Source of the DNA: Eledone cirrhosa
Lineage: Eukaryota
Assembly: GCA_964016885.1 (NCBI GenBank)
Contig: OZ024742.1
Span: 67,022,001 to 67,086,000, forward strand
Reading direction: 5' to 3'
DNA length: 64,000 nt
Numbering within the stretch: the first letter of the stretch is position 1; the number at the start of each line of letters is the position of its first letter. Positions 59,234 through 64,000 of the stretch are shown piece by piece. Position numbers and translations under genes: made by a program. The notes below the pieces were generated by a model. The model did no database searches, was not told where the DNA came from, and saw only the letters and a list, made by a program, of their open reading frames with translations.

Positions 59234-59310
<77 letters not shown>

Positions 59311-59311
<1 letters not shown>

Positions 59312-60562
59312 AGAACAAAAGATGGTTAAAGGAGTTCCATGTATTTTATTATGCGCATTTCAAAAACAAACATCATCATGCAATAATATTTGTGTTTTCA
59401 TCAGATAAAACAGGACATGATATGAAGACTAAAAAAACACTTGTGGATAGTGCAGTTTTAAATCAACATATGAGAAGTAGTTTTAGATTGATGTGTGATA
59501 TTGGGAAAAATATTTTATTTAGAGGGCTGTGGGGTGGAAAGGATGAAAAAAAGAGGAGGAGATGAGAGTGAAGGTGAGATGAGAGGGAGGAATATAATGA
59601 GGAAGGATGAGATAGGAGGAGAGATGGGTGATAGAGAGAGAGAGATAGTTTTTATAACTGAGAAAGATATATTGTTTTACATAGAGAGGTTGAAAACCGT
59701 TGGAAGATAATGTATGAATTAAAAGAATTTGAAAATTAACGAAGGGAAAAATATGTGCGACGAAGGAGAGGGAGTTAATATGTATTTAGAATAATGAGTT
59801 TGATGATAGAGAGAATAGAAAAATGAATTGCGGATGAATATTCTAACGTCAAAAAAAAGTGTGTATGTTTACAAGTATTATGGAAATTTGAAAATTAACG
59901 AAGAGAAAAAAAATTAAGGTTTGTGTATTGAAGGATTTGAGAAAAATAATGTAAAGTTAAGGTTTGTATATTGAAGGAATTGATAATATGTGCGAAGAAA
60001 GAGTTAATATGTATTGAGAATGAGTTAGATGATAGGGAGAAAAAAGTAATGAATTAAGGATGAATAATCTGGCGTCAAAACAAATGTATATGTTACGAAG
60101 GATTTTACAAGGTGAAAATAGAGTAAGGGTAATGAGTAAACAAGTATTATAGAGTGTATAATGCCCTTTGAAATAAGGTAGGAAGATGGGTATATTTTAA
60201 AAGAGGTGTATGTATATGTGCCTTTGAGAAAAAGATTCTAAATTGATAAAGAATGGAATATTAGCTGTATACTTTGTGAAATGTTTTATGGAATTTATGC
60301 AAGCAGATAGAAAACAAGTCAGTTCGTCTATTTATTATAGAATCTAGATTAGGGATAATGGTAAATTTTTCATTTAGGAAGAGATTGCAGATTTTAGATA
60401 GAGAGCTGTTCAAGTATGCAGACGCAGAAGAAACCTTCTTCCAAAAGATGGTATATTTAATGTTTTTTGTCTTTCTAGGACCATATGAGTTCTGAGAGAG
60501 CCGTGTTGGTTCTTTTAAGTTTGTATTTAAAAGATGAATGATGATTATAGAGACGAGCTTTA
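59311..60562 (-). mobile_element. 5'-truncated PLE: GIY-YIG C-terminus, long 3'UTR with tandem duplication and terminal hammerhead
   Basis: 60261-60562 encodes KARLYNHHSSFK..TALSELIW / KYTIFWK..SASAY..SKICNL.LNEKF..INRRTDLFSICLH. The element ends at (TA)n at ~59310. Confidence 0.8.
59344..59410 (-). ncRNA. Type I hammerhead ribozyme (AUA site)
   Basis: ttttat CTGATGA aaa-c-acaaatattatt gcat gatgatgtttgt-t-ttt GAA atgcgcat A ataaaa: 6-bp stem I, long stem II, palindromic stem III. Confidence 0.85.
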
Positions 60563-60964
60563 TAACAGGTCTAACGGGAGGAAGCCGGTATGAATTTGTT
60601 TCTCTCTCTCTCGTCTGCGACTTCACAGAACTTATGTTTACCGAATTCGCAGACCAGACCCCTTCTTCCTCCCGTTAGACCTGTGCGAAATTCCTTCCTT
60701 GCTCACATTTCAACCTGGTTTGATGGTCTTTATTCTCTCGTTCACGATTCCACCGAATTTATATTCATAGAAATCTGGGACTTGTTTCCTTCTTCATCAC
60801 TTTCTGCTGCTTAAACTATTTTGTTTGTTTACCCTAGCGTCTCCTTTATTTACGTGTCCCAACGACTTTTTTTTTAGCCGTTGCTCGCACCAACCTGAGG
60901 TATATGGCCTTTAATGCGACGAAATGCCTACGACGGTTGGGTGGCCACTGATGAGGACAAACTT

Positions 60965-61018
<54 letters not shown>

Positions 61019-61020
<2 letters not shown>

Positions 61021-62901
61021 CGTGCCAGCGTTGCATGGGCTTCGAAATGACCATAAAATGAGCAGTGACCCTGTCACGGGACCACCAACACGGCCAGTCT
61101 GTGGAACTAGCATTGCTAGTAACTACAGACTGTCCTACTTCCTCTCCCTGATCATACGCCTCATCATTGAAATGTCCCCCGACAGCACGGAGGACCTCCT
61201 CACCAGAAACGGCGAGAGTAACCGATCTAGGGACCTAACATACTGCATAATAGGTAGTATGGATGTTGTGTCCCTGTATCCATCTATTGATGTGGATGCT
61301 GCGGAGAAATGCGTAGAAATGATCAGTGAGAGCAATGTTGAATTCCGTGGGATTGATACCAGTGAGCTGGGACACCTACTTAAACTTACCTATAGTAATA
61401 ATTATCTAGACACATATGACCTTAGCAACCTGTGACCTACAAGACCAACAAGAGGCAGACCATCTACCATTACCTCAATTGCCAAGAAAACCCACACAGA
61501 TAGATGGAACGGGTGGACCAGAGCCATATGGACCCCCGAAAACCACGATGAACTAAAGAAAATGATTGCACATGCGGTGGGGGCCAGCATAAAATTAACC
61601 CTTAAGGAACATATGCTCAAATTTAATGGAAAAACATATGCCCAAAAAGAGGGAGCAGCCATTGGTGTTAGCATTGCAGGCTACATAGCTAACTTATTCA
61701 TGGTATGGTGGGACAGTAGACTTAGACTTAAACTTAAAGAACAATTAGAGGACCCCTTAACCCTGATAATGTACTCCCGCTACGTGGATGATATAAACAT
61801 CGTAGTTAAAACACCCCCACTAGAGAACAGCCAGGAATTAGAGAAAAACACAATGGAAAGCATCCAGCAAATAGCTAACTCCATCCACCAGTGTATTAGC
61901 GTTACTATAGACTACCCAAGCAAACACCCCAACCATCGATTACCTGTACTAGACACAGAGCTCTGGTTAGACACCATTAATAACAAAAAACAAATCCTCC
62001 ATTCCCATTATGCCAAACCCATGGCTTCCAAATATCTGATCCACCGAAACTCAGCTGTTTCGGACCATACCAAAATCAACATACTGATTGCGGATTTGGT
62101 ACGGGTGATGAGAAACGTGTCCCGCATGTGCAACCTCGAAGAACTAGAGAGACACATACAACTCTTCATCCACCATATGCAGATCTCTCGTTACAATCAG
62201 AGAGATAATATCAGAGTGTATAGACGAGCCAGAACCAAATGGGAAAAATGGTAAATAATGACACAAATGGGACCTGCCCCTTGTATAGGAGCAAATGTTG
62301 GAATAGAATAGAAAGAACAAGGAATAAGGCTAATAGAATAAACTCATGGTATGATAGCAATAAATACCAGAGTGTAATGTTCATCGATACAACCCCTAGA
62401 GGTGAATTAGCTTACAAATTTGGAAGGGCCCTAGATAAACATAAACTCACTAAGATAGTAGAAAGACCAGGTCCCTCCATAAAACACTTATTAGCAAGAC
62501 ATACCCTTTTCTAAGACGTCCCTGTATAGATAAGAAATGTATAATCTGTAAACTAAGCCCCCATATTAACTGTAAAACCAGAAATGTGGTATATAGCATA
62601 AGATGTACTGAAGGACAATGTAGAGATTAAAATATAGTGTACATAGGTGAGACAGCTCGTAGTATAGGGGAACGGATAAATGAACACTGGCCTTCAAGAT
62701 AGTAAAGAATCATCTGTACTCTACCAACATGCTAAAATAGAACATAAGGATAAATTAGAGAACATAGAAATAAAAATAGAATCTACACACAGAAAAGACG
62801 CAATGTTTAGACAAATCACAGAGGCAATAAACATAAATGAATTACAACCAAAATTAAATAGAAAACATGAGTGGAACAGCAACATCACAACTTACAATTA
62901 A
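61019..62901 (+). pseudogene. PLE reverse transcriptase (YVDD type) plus C-terminal GIY-YIG endonuclease, 5'-truncated and disrupted
   Basis: TRPVCG, GSMDVVSLYPSID, YAQKEGAAIG, RYVDDI, LPVLD, HYAKPMAS, NCKTRNVVYSIRC..YIGETARSIGER, RQITEA..I...P.LN. Contains stops and frameshifts. Confidence 0.92.
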
Positions 62902-63287
62902 GGACAAAATGAAAACACACACGCACATAGAAGAAACAACCAACCAGTATCATGTAAATAAACAAATAAATAAACGAATATAAACACACACAGACACCCG
63001 GGTGTAACACATGCGCAAACTAAGCACACAACACACACACAAAAACAAGATGGCGTAGGACAGAACAAAGGAGAGGCACAAAAAACAAAGAAAAGAACCC
63101 CCAGTCACTGAATAGGTCACAGAATGTGTGACGAAAGAAGTTTGACAATATATAAACAACCATCTGGTTGTGGAACCAACCAACCAACCGAAAATTTATA
63201 AATTCCTAAATTTATAAATTTATAATAAATTGAAGTGAAACACTAGTGCGTGTGTTTCTTATTGGCAACATGACCCTCCCAAAGTAT

Positions 63288-63292
<5 letters not shown>
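61019..63292 (+). mobile_element. Penelope-like element of a second clade, flanked by (TA)n on both sides
   Basis: ORF remnant plus a 3'UTR with a decayed hammerhead at 63104-63146 (gtca ctgaatag gtcaca/tgtgac GAAA..tgac). Confidence 0.85.
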
Positions 63293-63318
<26 letters not shown>

Positions 63319-63720
63319 GGAACAAGTATGACCCCGACGGCAGAGCTCAAGCTGTTTCGACGGCTAATTCTGGAGTTTTAGCCTGGTAAATAGATAGCCG
63401 AACTTCTCAGGAGTAATTCCTTATATGAGAAGATAATAATTGTCAAAAGGATTGTTAAGCAATTTGTTGTAAGGACAGATGATTCTATCATTGCATTTGG
63501 TGGGAGGTAGGGGTAGCTGAACTTGCTGGTAGAACAAAGAGGGAGTCGGGGAAACCCAGTCAAGCGTTGAAAGTGAAATCTATACAGCAGATTCTAAGGA
63601 TAGTGTATAGAAGGTCGAACAAAGTGTACTCGAGAAGGGGGTAGGGTGGAAGTTAAAAGAATAGGTAAATCGAAAGGGAGTAAACAAAAAAACATTATAA
63701 AAATAAGGAAATAAATATAT
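63319..63720 (-). mobile_element. PLE pLTR/3'UTR fragment with decayed hammerhead
   Basis: Minus strand reads ctc ctgagaa..cggcta...tagccg.. GAAA cagct. It starts at (TA)n and shares its first 16 bp with 56657. The right boundary is uncertain. Confidence 0.45.
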
Positions 63721-64000
63721 AAAAAACAATTTCTGGTTACTACTCCTTCCCCACACTCACCAAATATCATTGGTATTGCTAAGCTATAGAAAAGTTTAAT
63801 AGGTGGAAAAAAATACTAAATACGAGATTGTTGTGAAAGAATGTCATAAAGCCGGCTTTACAGGGGGTTTAACACCACTGCTATAGTTAGTATTAATCAG
63901 CCAATGCTATCTTACAATGACAAGTTAATAAGTTGAGAACAAAAATCCTCAAATACTACTTCAAAAATACTAATAAGAAATATTAATTCAGAATACTCAT

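Noticed and set aside
61433-61435. In-frame TGA at a likely Cys position (SNL*PTR) as selenocysteine
   Set aside because: Selenoprotein PLEs have been reported, but this copy also has frameshifts and TAA/TAG stops and I see no SECIS. TGY to TGA decay is simpler. The TGA at 42687 aligns with an expected Trp.

Overview
AT-rich eukaryotic DNA, dense in (TA)n, (CA)n and (GA)n microsatellites. The tRNA-derived SINE family suggests an octopod cephalopod (inference). I see no intact host protein-coding gene; nearly all listed ORFs are microsatellite read-through. The window is dominated by Penelope-like retroelements (PLEs: decayed RT and GIY-YIG ORFs, plus ORF-less pLTR fragments) inserted into (TA)n arrays, together with SINEs and remnants of RTE, Tx1, R4/Dong and Helitron-like elements. 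Reading by eye gives about 9 sequence-distinct families of type I hammerhead ribozymes (about 15 copies, several with all core nucleotides and three stems intact). About ten TA-flanked insertions have a long-arm/short-arm inverted architecture. The main new observation is that in five or six unrelated families the short inverted arm stops about 1-9 nt before a shared, covarying hairpin, (TA/AG/GG)CTC...GAG(T/C), which may be a cis signal for PLE priming or processing. All alignments and folds were done by eye, so coordinates may be off by a few bases.
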